Positions 1 to 11,823 of a DNA stretch of 64,000 nucleotides are shown here, piece after piece (the stretch's first letter is position 1; every line of letters starts with the position of its first letter). Source of the stretch: Monocercomonoides exilis PA203 (Eukaryota > Protista > Preaxostyla). The notes beneath the pieces were generated by a model. That model did not search any database, was not told the origin of the DNA, and was given only the letters and a program-made list of their open reading frames with translations. Location of the stretch: NCBI GenBank assembly GCA_001643675.2, contig LSRY02000056.1, positions 496,001 to 560,000 on the forward strand. Direction: 5' to 3'. A program made the translations under genes and the position numbers.

Positions 1-2208
1 GGAAAAACAGAGCTAGAATCTCCGAGTCAGCTGGGGCTTTCATACAATTTGTTGGGAGATTCCAGTGCATCATTATTATCAGCATCATCAACAACTTCAT
101 CATCATCGAAGTCAAATACAATAGACACTGCAAATACAGCACAAACATCATCAACAACATCAGCTGCTTCAGCGATTTCCAGCACATCCACACAGCTCTC
201 TTCAACCACCGGCACGACATCCACTCTCTGCCAGCCATTCAAACCACCAGACACTTCTTCCGCTGTCGATCTATTCACCCGCCTGCCTGCTCCTCCCACA
301 GTCACCCGCAGCGAGACAGTCGAGAAACTACGTGAGCTCCACCAGATATTAGCACACAACCCAGTTTTCCCTCCGATGCCTCTGAACTTCCTCTCCTCAG
401 CGAGTGTGCCCATCCTCAAAGGAGAAGATCAGAAGACAGACATCCACGTGGACATCGGCTATGGCACTGTGTCTGGCATTGTCAACTCAGACTACGTCAG
501 ATGCCTGCTGACTGTGTATCCAGCAGCACGACCGCTCATCGTTGTGCTGAAGACGTTTCTGGCATATCATCACCTGAACGAGCCATACAAGGGAGGAATG
601 AGTGGATACCCGCTGACACTTCTGGTTGTGTCGCATCTGCAGCAGTTCAAGCGCAACTTTGGAGAGGACTGGGAGAATGCGTCGCTGGGGAAGCTGCTGG
701 TCACTTTCTTTGAGCTGTATGGAGAATCTCCAACTCTGCCAATGCCTTCTGCTGCTAACTGCTCGTCGACCACTGACTTTTTGAATTCTTCTTATTCTTC
801 CTCGTCTTCATCCGGTTCTTCGGGCGAGGATGGCTTTTCTTCATCTTCTCCTTCCTCTTCTTCATCTTCTCTATCTTCATCAACTACAACTTCTCCTATC
901 AAAGACGGAAGCAGCACTGGAATCAGTGGAAGTGGTGTAGGCAGTGGGAGCAGTGGAATGGCAGTTGCATCAGCCATCTCTCCAGCAACCTCTGCGTCTG
1001 CACTGCCTCAGCGCTTCTCCTTCTCAAAGTATGCAATTTCTGTGAGAGGGCACGGGGCATATCTCAATTTGGAGCAACTAAAGCACACCAACCGCAGCCT
1101 GGCGATGCGAACGGACTTTACGTTCTGCCCAATTGTGGTGGAGGATCCGATGAACATTGAGAACAACACAGCCAGAAGCTGCTTTGCCATCTCCACCATT
1201 CAGAAGCAGTTCCGACTGGCGTATCAGCAGCTGCGATGGACAGAGATGACTGAGAAAAGCTCACTTGCCTTTTTCCAGCCATCACACTCGCCTTCTGTTT
1301 CTGCAATTTCATCGCTTTCATCGCTTTCTGAATCGACTGCCTCGTCAGACGGGACAACTCCACAGTCACCACTTTCTCAGCAACAGACTCCGTTCATGTC
1401 TTCGAGCGCATCAATAGCACATTCACACTCAATGGTCGCCTTCACTTCTCTGCCACCTCCTGAACTTCTGGAGAAATACGACGATATTTTGACTCTGCGC
1501 CAGGCAATTGAGCGAAGAACAAGTGCGAAAGAAGGCGAAACGTATCAAATTGGTTCAGATGAGAAAACAGTTCAAAACGGCACTATATCATCAGCATCAT
1601 CATCATCAAGCACATTGACTGATTCATCACAAATATCGAGTGATTCGAAGGACGCTGGAGCAGAAACACCATCAGCAGGATCCACTCCTCTTCCATTTCA
1701 CAGCAGTTCATCTTCTCCTGGTTTAATCAGCCACACCACTACCACTTCAACCACTTCAGCTACTGCCTCCTCCTCCTCTTCTTCTTCTTCTTCCACTTCA
1801 CTTTCTTCTTCCCCTGCACAGTCATATCCTCTCATCCGCCTGCCTCGCCCACTCAATGCGCCCTTGTCTCGACTGCTCTTCAGAACTTCCAACAGCTTCA
1901 CTGTACCCACCTGCCTCGGTGACATCTTCACGTTTGATGCGCTTTTTGCAGAGAGACGCTCGCAAATGAACCGTTTCATGGAAGAGACGCCTCAGTTCGG
2001 CAACCCTCTCTCATTCTATGCGCCTGTCTCGTCTGTGGCTGCTGCCTCTGCCCAGGCTGTTCAAGCGCAGCAGTCGCTGCACACGCAAATGCCGATTGCT
2101 TCTCCTGTGCTGCTGGCTCCCTCTCCTATACCGTTGCCTGTTGTTGCACCTGATATGCAATCAGATATGCCTTACCCACTGAATGCTATGCAAATCGGAG
2201 GAGGTTGA
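1..2208 (+). CDS. Non-canonical poly(A) polymerase, Trf4/PAPD5 (TENT4)-like; 5'-truncated, with long Ser/Thr-rich insertions
   Basis: Frame is open from base 1. Motifs VPILK..DIHVDIGY, ARPLIVVLKTFLAYHHLNEPYKGGMSGYPLTLLVVSHLQ, SLGKLLVTFFELYG and IVVEDPMNIENNTARSCFAISTIQKQFRLAY match the Trf4/Cid1 nucleotidyltransferase and PAP-associated domains. Confidence 0.85.
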   Translation, partial: GKTELESPSQLGLSYNLLGDSSASLLSASSTTSSSSKSNTIDTANTAQTSSTTSAASAISSTSTQLSSTTGTTSTLCQPFKPPDTSSAVDLFTRLPAPPTVTRSETVEKLRELHQILAHNPVFPPMPLNFLSSASVPILKGEDQKTDIHVDIGYGTVSGIVNSDYVRCLLTVYPAARPLIVVLKTFLAYHHLNEPYKGGMSGYPLTLLVVSHLQQFKRNFGEDWENASLGKLLVTFFELYGESPTLPMPSAANCSSTTDFLNSSYSSSSSSGSSGEDGFSSSSPSSSSSSLSSSTTTSPIKDGSSTGISGSGVGSGSSGMAVASAISPATSASALPQRFSFSKYAISVRGHGAYLNLEQLKHTNRSLAMRTDFTFCPIVVEDPMNIENNTARSCFAISTIQKQFRLAYQQLRWTEMTEKSSLAFFQPSHSPSVSAISSLSSLSESTASSDGTTPQSPLSQQQTPFMSSSASIAHSHSMVAFTSLPPPELLEKYDDILTLRQAIERRTSAKEGETYQIGSDEKTVQNGTISSASSSSSTLTDSSQISSDSKDAGAETPSAGSTPLPFHSSSSSPGLISHTTTTSTTSATASSSSSSSSSTSLSSSPAQSYPLIRLPRPLNAPLSRLLFRTSNSFTVPTCLGDIFTFDALFAERRSQMNRFMEETPQFGNPLSFYAPVSSVAAASAQAVQAQQSLHTQMPIASPVLLAPSPIPLPVVAPDMQSDMPYPLNAMQIGGG

Positions 2209-2670
2209 ACGTCGCTTGAACAAACAAATTAAGTTGAATTCTAAAGATGGCAGAAGGTGTCAGAGAGCGTTGCGGTTTTTATTGAGGAAATGTCATTTAT
2301 CTTCTGCGCTTGCTAAATGGCAAAGAACAAAACAATACAAATATTTGGAATGAAATAAAAAAATACATGTATAAAAAAAAATCGTAATAAAAAATAAAAT
2401 AAATATTCGGGCACAATGGCAATGAAAGATATTTATTGAAACACTTATTATGTAATGAAATGTTTATTTTGTATGAAAATCTGAAATGATATATTGTTTC
2501 AGAAAATCTATTTTTTGTGTGTTTTAATTTTTTTTTTGAAAATTGTTTTGTTATGCTCGTTTTATGTTATTTTTAATCTTTTCGTATTTTTTACAAAAAT
2601 ATTCAGCATCTTATAAATATTAACCTATTTAGATTTTTGATTGATCATGCCATAAGATCTTTTAAAAACA

Positions 2671-4266
2671 ATGCAAACTCAAATTGTGCTATCAAGTCCT
2701 CCAACTGATGGAATTTCTTGTTTAACATTTGGAGATAATGACTCTTTGCTTTTATCATCTTCATGGGATGGAGTTTGCAAAAGATTTTGTTTTCCAAACT
2801 CGCTATTTATTTCATTTTTCTTTCATTTGAATTTTGTTGAATATAAACTTTTTAAATGCTTTATCCTTATCTTTAGAAAGCAAGGATATATGATGTTCGA
2901 AGTAATCTTCTTCGAGGAACTTATAAATGTTCGAGTGCATTATTGGATTGCGCTTTTGTTACTGAAGATACTATTATCACGGGTGGCATTGATGGTGAAA
3001 TTAGAAGGTGTGCTCACTTTGCACTTTTTTAAATCATTTTTCCATTTGAAAAGCATATCAACGACAACAGAAAATTCAAGTGTTATCGGGAAACATCAAC
3101 TTGGAGTGAAATGTCTCAATTTTTCAAAGGATCTTAGTTTGTTTCTTTTTAATTTTCGTTTAAAGAAGCTTTTAACTTGTTTTGTTAGACATAGCTATTT
3201 CTGGGAGTTGGGATAAAACTATTGCATGTTGGGATTGCAGAGTTGGAGGCAAGGGTGTGATGGCAATGCCAGCTGTTCAAGATAAGGTTTATTGCATGGA
3301 TGTCAAATCATCAAAAGTTGTTGTTGGTCTGGGAAATGGAAAAGTGAATGTCTTTGATCTGAGAATGCTTGTATGCCCTTTTTGAATCGTTACTTTTTTT
3401 CACAAGAAATAACAATTTTTGTAAGGCTGCTCCTGAACAAATTCGAGAATCTCCGCTAAAACTTCAAATGAGAACTATTAGAATATTGACAGATATGAGA
3501 GGATTTGCAATTGGAGGAATTGAAGGAAGAGTAGGAATTGAATATTTTGGATCAGAAGAAGAAACAGGAAAGAAAGAATATGTGTTTAAATGCCATAGGC
3601 AAACACGAGAAGGGATCGATTACATTTATCCTGTAAATGCGATTGCATTTCATCCATTGTTTGTTTTTATTTTCACAATTGTTAAATTCATTATCATTTA
3701 TAAAAACCTTTTTAATTTTAATTTTTTTTTTTTCCTGTACAAATGAAATGATTTCAGTTATGGAACTTTTGCAACAGGAGGATGTGATGGAATTGTGAAT
3801 ATGTGGGATTATGAACACAGAAAACGTCTGGCCCAGCTTCCAAAATGTCCAACAAGCATTAGTTCGGTTGCATTTAATCGAGATGGATCATTAATGGCGA
3901 TTGCTTCTTCATATACTTGGGAGCAGGGAGACATTATGTATGAAAGAAAATTTGAGATTGTGTTATACATTCATGCATTTTTTTTCACAAATTTCATTTT
4001 TATCTACCATAAATACATGCAAAACCCTCTTCTCGATAAATTCTTTATGCCTTGTTGAATATTTTTTACACTTTAGACATCCTCCGGATGCAATCATTGT
4101 GCGCATTCCAGGTGAAAACGAAGTTAAGCCACGTGGTTGGAGTGGTCCAATTGCCCCACTCCCTGCCAATTCAACTCTCACTTCTCATTCATCTCAGCAA
4201 TCAAATTCTTCGCAGGCTGCTTCAAAAGAATGTGCAGATGCGCTACAGCCTGATTCACTCTTTTGA
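2671..4266 (+). CDS. BUB3: Mitotic checkpoint WD40 protein Bub3 (Bub3/Rae1 family), about 7 exons
   Basis: Spliced translation gives [90 protein letters not shown] and [14 protein letters not shown] introns, e.g. donor at 2773, restore the frame. Confidence 0.88.
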
Positions 4267-4771
4267 AGATTTTTCACACTTTTTTAAAAGATCCCAGTTT
4301 TTCCACTTCATCCAAAACTTTTAATTATTTCTTTTTTACCATCTCATTTCTTTTTCTGCATTTTGAATTAGTTTCGTTTTGCATTTGATTTAATGAATCA
4401 GAAATAACCATTTTCATTCTTTTTTGATTCACTTTTATACGTTAAAGATTACAATAAGTTTGAATCTGTTTTGATTCACTTTTAATTATTGTAATAACTC
4501 AATAGCTTTGTTGTGCGATATATTAGCCAGGCTTATTTTATGAAAATCAAATGCCGTTTCGGTTTTTCAAATTATTGAAAAAGTATTTTCATTGTTATTT
4601 TGAAGAATGCATCATAACAGAACATATCGACATCATGAAGGGCAAAAGGGAAAATATGATTCACCAGTATTACTATTTTTCAGAATGATTCTTTTCAACA
4701 TTTTTAACTTAACAAATTGTTTGGAAAAGGCTTGAGGTGAAGATGGTTGCCCTTTGATTTTGCGATATGTT

Positions 4772-5134
4772 TAGTGTGTCACAAATCCGGGACATGTAAC
4801 AAATCCGGGAAAGTGCATAAATTTCAGCTTTCATAAAACTTTTCTCTCATTCATTTGTTTCAAATCAAATAAACGAATCATTTGAAGTTATAAGAATTGC
4901 TTTTTTAATATTACTGTGTAAGCAAAAACAGTTTTTCTTCAGATTTCGTGTTTTAAATAAATTATGAAGAAAAACTGTTTTTGCTTACACAGTAATATTA
5001 AAAAAGCAATTCTTATAATTTCAAATGATTCGTTTATTTGATTTGAAACAAATGAATGAGAGAAAAGTTTTATGAAAGCTGAAATTTATGCACTTTCCCG
5101 GATTTGTTACATGTCCCGGATTTGTGACACACTA
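4772..5134. mobile_element. MITE / foldback element with 170-bp near-perfect TIRs (Tc1/mariner-pogo type likely)
   Basis: 4772-4941 is the reverse complement of 4965-5134 with one mismatch seen and a 23-bp spacer. Ends are TAGTGTGTC...GACACACTA (TA possibly the target duplication). Subterminal ACAAATCCGGGA occurs twice per arm. Confidence 0.9.
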
Positions 5135-5787
5135 TTCTCTTCTTTTATCTGGAACGAATAAAAAAAGGAAGGAGAATCGGTAGGAATGGAGGATGGAAAA
5201 AAGAATAAAAAAAGAAAAGAAACAAATTGATTTCTAAAATAGCCGATGGAGTCGTGGTATTTATTATTTTTGAAAATTCAATGAAATTTGCCAAATAATT
5301 AAAAATCAAATATTTAATGTTTGTCAATCGTTTCGAAAACCAATTGTTGATGAAAATGTTTGAAAGAGATATTCCTTTATAAAAGATATCACTTATCTGT
5401 GTTCGTTTCGAATATTCAAGATAATACTATGAAACCGAAATTTTTGTTGGTAAAAATATGATTTGGGGCAGAATTCTTTCATTTATGAAAAAAACAGCAA
5501 TTTGTTCCAAACTTTTTCCACAATCTTATCATGATAAGTCTTTCATTCTCGTGTCAAAAAAACTTTAAAAAAATTTTTCAAAATTAAGAAATTAATAAAA
5601 TGTGCTGAATGGAACGAAATTCATTAGGCAAAAAATTTCGTCCCATTTCTAAAATGATCACCCATATTGAAAATATTTCTTTGATCCAAAAAATGTGATG
5701 GAGAAATTTGACACATATTTTGTAAGAATTCATGGAAAAATTGCAAGAATTTAACGAATCTGTAAGTTTTTCATCTGCAACTTTTCG

Positions 5788-5826
<39 letters not shown>

Positions 5827-5839
5827 AAAAAAAAAAAAA
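5788..5839 (+). repeat. Poly(A) tract of about 52 bp with one T interruption
   Basis: Seen directly in the sequence. Confidence 0.9.
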
Positions 5840-6279
5840 CACGCCAATGTCTTGAAAACATCATTTGGGTGATTTTTTTTGATATCATAAAAAATTCCGA
5901 CGTTTGATCAAAAAATTTTTTCATTAAGGGTTGGGTTGAAAAGGAAAATTTAATTCGAAATTACATTAAAATAAAGTTTTATATATTATTGTTATTAGTT
6001 ATTTGTTGCTTTTAATTTGATTTTAATTATTTTTATAACAAATTTTGAAAAAAAAAACATAAAAAAGCATTTGATAATTTCGAAAATTCAATAAACAGAA
6101 TAACACTTAAGTTTACTGGTTTGAAAAACATGACAACAATGATCACAATAACGATATAAATCAATTTCTTACGCAAATATTTGTTATTTGAGTTATTGCA
6201 AAGAAATTGAATAAATTATTAAGAAGATCTATAAACATTTGTTTTTTACAAATAAATTATAACGGTTTTAACAACTCAT

Positions 6280-7280
6280 TCACCTTCATCCTTTCCAGAT
6301 GTTATTTTCCCACCAAATGCATCGATTTTCCTTCCTTCTGAAAACAAAATATTCTTGCTTTCCGCTCAATTCCTTCTTTCTCAATTCAAGGCGCTCTGTA
6401 TTTCTTCAAAGAATATCATCTCCAATTTCCTTCCCAATCCCTTCATCCTGGGCACTTTCCATATGTATTCGCTCTCCCAACTCGGTGGTCAGCCTACACA
6501 ACGAGATATCCCGCTTTTATTCATTTTCATTCATTTCCGCTTTTTTCCCTGAAAGAAACACAAAAACAGTCAACAGACAAAATTTCAGATATACATATAT
6601 ATATATTAATACCAAACTGCCCTGCGACTGTTTTTTGCCAAACAGCTTCATTTCCACAGCCATCATCATTACAAAAATCAATCTCATCGTTTCAGCCTCA
6701 GAATGGTCAAAATGCAACAAAGAATACATCTCTTCAAAAAGCATTGTATATCTACTGGAGGGTCTTTTCAGCCCGTACACATTGTGGTGGATGTGCAGAG
6801 GTGTTTTTTCTTTTCGGCCATGATCATCTCCTTTAATAATATTCTCAAACACCAAAAGAAGTATTTGATGTTAATCTCATCAACACCAGGCACAGGAGAT
6901 ATATGGGGCAGAGAAGAGATAGAAGAGGATTATTTGTGGGAGAGGGTGAGAGTTGAGTGTTTTTTTGAATGTTTATATTTCAAGAGGGGCTTTTGAAAGG
7001 AAGAAATTCTGAGACAGAGGAATGTGGAAGAGCAAGTGGAGATTTGGAGAAAATAATAAAGTTTAAATATAGAGAGAAAGTTGGGGATGATGAAGAAGGA
7101 CTTATTGATGATTGGAGAAATGTATTTTGAAAAGAAAGAAAAGAGGGCAAAAGCGGGAAAGAAGAGGAATATAATGAAGTGTTCAATTGGAAGAGGGGTA
7201 TTTTTTATGAGTGGAGAAGTATGTTTTATGGAAGAGAATGGGAAAGATGAAGAAAATGAATGGATTGATATTTTCTGATG
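6280..7280 (-). pseudogene. Decayed coding fragments of unknown family
   Basis: Protein-like minus-strand frames (RDISLCRLTTELGERIHMESAQDEG..., MVFENIIKGDDHGRKEK...) broken by stops, with an intron-like segment near 6520-6615. Confidence 0.3.
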
Positions 7281-7510
7281 ATTTTGTTAGCTGAATGGAA
7301 GAGGAAAAATGGAAATGAAAAGAAAATTGAGAGATATTTTCATTTTCTATTTTTGAGGGGAAAGGAGAGGGCATTTCAAAAAGAAAGTGAATTGACTTTG
7401 GAAAAGAACAGCTTTATTGATTTCCACAATCTGTTCGTAACTTGTTTTGTGATTATGTTATTCTTATCAAAGAGAAGTTCACTCATTGAATTCGATATTT
7501 GGTCCAATCA

Positions 7511-9843
7511 ATGATTTCAAACAAATAGTTCTCAACATCGTACATGTCGTTCGTCTGATTTCGCATTTCTCAACCATTTCCTCTACTTCTTCTTCTTCTT
7601 CCTCTTCTTCCTCTTCTTCCTCATCTTCCTCATCTTCTTCTTCTTCCTCTTCTTCTTCCTCTTCTTCTTCTTCTTCTTCCTTCTCCTCCTCGTAATTTCT
7701 TTCATCATCTCCTTCTTTACCTTATCCAAATTCTTTAATTTCTTTGTCTTCATCTTTTTGTTCTTCTTCTCCTCCTTCTTCTTCGTCTTCGTCTTTATCA
7801 TCTAACTCATCATCGTCAATATCAAAACAAGCAAAACAATCTTCTTCTTCTTCTTCAACATCTTCTTCACCTTATTTCTCATCTTCCTCATCATTTCCTT
7901 CTTCTTCACCTTCTCCAAATTCTTCACCTTCTTGACCTTCTTTTTTGGTTCCTCTTTTCACTTTGTGTTGCATCACATTCAACCTTCAGATGTTTGTAAG
8001 CTGTTCGACCAGCATCACGAGTTTGCCTTCCAAAAAGAATCTCAATAACTATTCTTCCTCTCAACAGTATCTTCGTCGCTGTATATGCCTTCTGTGAGAT
8101 AACGAAATGTGCTTTTGAACTATTTTCTTCTTCCGAAGAGGAACATTCAGCTCTGCTTCAGCGATTCGAATAGCATCAATTCGCAAGCTGTGCAGAATGA
8201 GATGAAAGGAGTCAATGGACATCGAATGAGAAATTGCAGTGGGAGATGGAAGGAGCTTCAAGGTACATTGCGTTCATCCGCTCGCTTTATGACACCGCCA
8301 AGAAGCGAAGAGAAAGGAGAGTGCGAGCTCAAATGGAAGAAGCAAAGAAGGTGGATATCAGAAGCAAATTGAGAACAGAGCAGAGGAAAGGAAGAAAGCA
8401 GGAAGAGCCAAAAGCGAAGAAGAAGACGAACGAGAAAGACGAGTTTTGCCCATAACAAGTTGACGCTTTCGACACAAGGTTTGCACAGGCAGCAACGGAA
8501 AGAAATAAAAGGAGATGTTATTGAAGATGAATAACAGAAAATTTTCTCGTTCAAGAGCACACTCAATGAATCACAGCCTCCTCAACATTTGCAACTCCTT
8601 CTTTTTTCTTTTTTCTTCCTCTTCTTCTTCTTCCTCCTCTTCTTTCTCCTCCTCCTCTTCTTCTTCTTCTTCCAATCAACCAAATGAAATTCCAGCTGTT
8701 TTTCAGTATTGAACCGTAGACAAACAGAAAAGAATAGTCGAAATGGCAATTTTGTGGGGGAAAAGAGAAAAAGAAAAAGAGGAAAAGAAGAGAAAAGAAG
8801 AAGAAAGAAAAAATGTGTTAAGAAACGATAAATCGGAAGAATTAGAAGAAAGAAAGAGAATATGAGACGAAGAAGAAATAATAAAATGGATAGAGAAGAA
8901 GAAGGAGAAGGAGAAGAGAGAGAATGAAAAAGAGAAGGAGAGGAAGAATAAGGAGAGTAAGGATTTGGTAGTGAAAAAAGGAAAAGAAGGAGAAAAAGGA
9001 GGAAAGGGAAGAAAGGGAATGAAAACAAGAAGAAGAAGAAAGAAGAAAAGAAGAAGAAAATACAGATGGAGACTATCAAGATGAACTTTCTCTTTTGAAG
9101 CTAACTTCTCTTTTCACTCAGCGAAGACTGAAAGAAATCGAAGAGAAGAAGCAATTGACAAAAATGCTGGCTTTGAGAAAAGAAGAAGAAGATGATGATG
9201 ATGTTGGGTTTAATTTTGCTGGCAAAAATAATTCGAAAAAACAAGGCGAAACGGGGAATTTATAAGGAGAAAATAAAAATAAAAATAAAAATGATGAAAA
9301 GAAAGACAAAAAGAAAGAATACCAAAAAAAGAAGCGGGAAATCCAAAATAAAAAAGAAATTTCACCTTCGCCGCTAATTCTCCGGTTGTATTTTCACGAT
9401 ATAAACACGCAAGCGGAATGTTTAGCAGCAGAAGAAGCGAAAAAGACGAAGGAAAACGAGAAAGAATTGACATTTCATCCGATTATTTACAAAGAGACAG
9501 ATTGGATTGTTAGAGAGAAGAAAAAAAAACGAAAAAAAGAAAAAAAATATATAGAAAAAATAGAAAAAAGAAAACATTAAAACTTTATCTTCTAAGCCAA
9601 CACACCATCAACCAATCTTTTCAAATCTTCTGGGAACAAATAAGGCATTCCGTCTTTTGTTATTCTCTTCTTCCAAAACAAAAAGAAGTTGATTTCTTCA
9701 TTGGACTTGTTGTGAATGGAGCTGATTGAAGAGATGGATTTGGTGGGAGGATAAAGAAGAAGAAGAAGAAGAAGAAGAAGAGGAAGAAAAAGAAAAAGAA
9801 GAAGAGGAAGTGGAAGTGGAAGTGGAAGTGGAAGAAAAAGAAA

Positions 9844-9874
<31 letters not shown>

Positions 9875-10620
9875 GAGGAAGCAAAAGCAGAACTTCTCTT
9901 TAAAGTGAGTGTTTCGCTTCTGAGCAATCCAGCCTCTTTTCGTGTTTTTGAAGGGGACTGTTTGGAAGAGGATGTGAAACAGTTTTGCGAGAGGTATTTT
10001 TTGAGTGAAGAGAAAGAGAGGAGGATAAAATAGGTGGTGGAGAACGCATTGGAAGGGAGAGAGAGAGGGAAGAGAAGAAGGAAGAGAAGAAGGAACAATG
10101 GAAGAAAGAGAAAGAGAAAAGAAAGAAAACTGTGCTGTGAGAGACAAGCATTCTAATCAATCACTTCATCCTTCTTCTTCATCATCGTCATCGTCGTCAT
10201 TTTCTTCTTCTTCTTCTCATTCTTCTTCATTTTTTTATTTTTATTTTTATTTTAATTTCTTCTTCTTCTTCTTCTTCTTCCTCCTCCTCGAATTATGGAT
10301 CAACCTCCTCTTCTTCCTCCTCCTCCTTTGCTCACCTCATCGCTGACACAGCGGCCAATGAACTGAGTGTGAAGACAAATTTATTTCAAAAAAAAATTAA
10401 CAAGCAATTGGAGTCATCAAGGAACACAACGAGAAGAGTGACACAGAAAGTGCTGGAGAGAAATCAAACAACTTCAGAGACATTTTCAAAAAGAGAATTT
10501 TTAAGAGGCAGAGTAGAAATGCAACGAAGATGAGAGAGGATGGAGAAGGAATAGGGAAGGACAAGTGATGAGAAGAATAAAGAGAGAAAAGAGAGTTCGA
10601 ATCAGCTTTATTCATTGATT
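7511..10620 (+). pseudogene. Decayed gene for a Ser-rich, charged coiled-coil protein
   Basis: Coding-like pieces (RSLYDTAKKRRERR, KELTFHPIIYKETD, VFEGDCLEEDVKQFCERYFL) alternate with poly-Ser and Glu/Lys codon tracts and are interrupted by many stops and frameshifts. Confidence 0.45.
7583..7935. repeat. Degenerate (TTC/TCC/TCA)n trinucleotide tract (poly-Ser on +)
   Basis: Seen directly. Related tracts occur at about 8600-8670, 9755-9875 and 10170-10325. Confidence 0.85.
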
Positions 10621-11205
10621 ATTGATTTTCTCGTATTTCATTCAACGTTTGATGAAGCAACTGAATCGAAAAGAAAGGACTGATATATTGTAATGATATT
10701 TCCGTCGAAGAAATAGATAAAGTCAAGAAAACAAATTGGTTTTAAAAGTTTGAAGTTAAATAATACTTTATTGAAGCAAATTTATAGCAAACTATTTCAA
10801 TTGTATTTTTCAAAGTATTTTTTATTTATTAGGATAGTTTAGTGAGTTGAGAAACTTGACATTTTCCTTTTGCAGTTTTATTTTTATTATACACATTTTT
10901 TTTTTTTGATCTTGATCAATAAGAACTTATTAATTTTAAAAAAGGTATGACATATTGTATTCATGAATAAAACAAACATATAAAATAATTTGAAAGCTAA
11001 ATGCTGAAGAAAAATCAATTTGATTTTTTGATCAGTAAAACCACCATAGATATTATTTTTTCGATTTTTGATCTTTTTTTATGATGTCAAAAAAAATCAC
11101 CCATTTCTATAAATATTCAATTTAATTTATTACGAAGAATAAGTTGAATGAATATGAGTAATTGGTTCTCAGATATTGAATAAATTGCTTGTAATATTTG
11201 AAAAA

Positions 11206-11605
11206 TACGGTTAGTGCAAAAAATATAGTGACATCGCAAAAAATACGGGATAAGATCGATTTCACAATAACCGCAAAAGGAAAAATTCTGTAAATTTTCC
11301 TCGAAATATATCTCATCAATACAACCTCAATTGATAAACAAAACCTTCAAAACAGCTTCATTTGTGCTCAGAGAAAATTATTTTTTATATCTCAGAGAAA
11401 TCGGATTTTGAGTTTATCCGAGATTTTAAAAATAATTTTTACTGAGCACAAATGAAGCTGTCCCGAAAGTCCCGTGTATCAATTGAGTTTGTATTGATGA
11501 GATATATTTTGAGGAAAATTGTCAGTATTATTCCTCTTGCGGTTTTGAGAAATCGATCTTGTCCAAAATTTTGTGCGATGTCCGGTATTTTTTTCACTAA
11601 CTGTA
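11206..11605. mobile_element. Second, more diverged MITE with about 190-bp imperfect TIRs and TA target duplication
   Basis: TA|CGGTTAGTG...CACTAACTG|TA. Arms align along their length, e.g. aaatatatctcatcaataca / tgtattgatgagatatattt and acagcttcatttgtgctcag / ctgagcacaaatgaagctgt. CAGT-like terminus is typical of the pogo group. Confidence 0.85.
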
Positions 11606-11823
11606 AATGGCGTGCTAAGATTATTCAAAAAAAGTGATGAAAAAATTGAAAACAAAAATTGCACATACAGGGTCTCTTTTTTGTTTGATCCTATTTTTTT
11701 TTAAAATTGGGGATAAATATCAGTCACTCACAATTCATGTTAATTGTTAAATGTTAGCAACAATGATTCTTAAATTATTATGGTTGCTTCGGTTAAACAT
11801 ATTTGTCTATCTTTATACTGGAA

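Larger units (their letters stand above)
5867..11102. mobile_element. Candidate non-autonomous TIR DNA element (about 5.2 kb) carrying decayed gene fragments
   Basis: GGGTGATTTTTTTTGATATCATAAAAAA (5867-5894) matches the reverse complement of 11075-11102 at 27/28 bases. ATTT lies immediately outside both ends (5863-5866 and 11103-11106). Confidence 0.5.

Noticed and set aside
5788-5839. Poly(A) tract as the tail of a retroposed element
   Set aside because: No upstream retroelement ORF or target duplication was seen, and a similar run occurs in an intron at 48.6 kb.
7486-10346. Many short poly-Ser/Lys/Phe/Glu ORFs in the track
   Set aside because: These are by-products of stop-free trinucleotide repeats in several frames, not independent genes.
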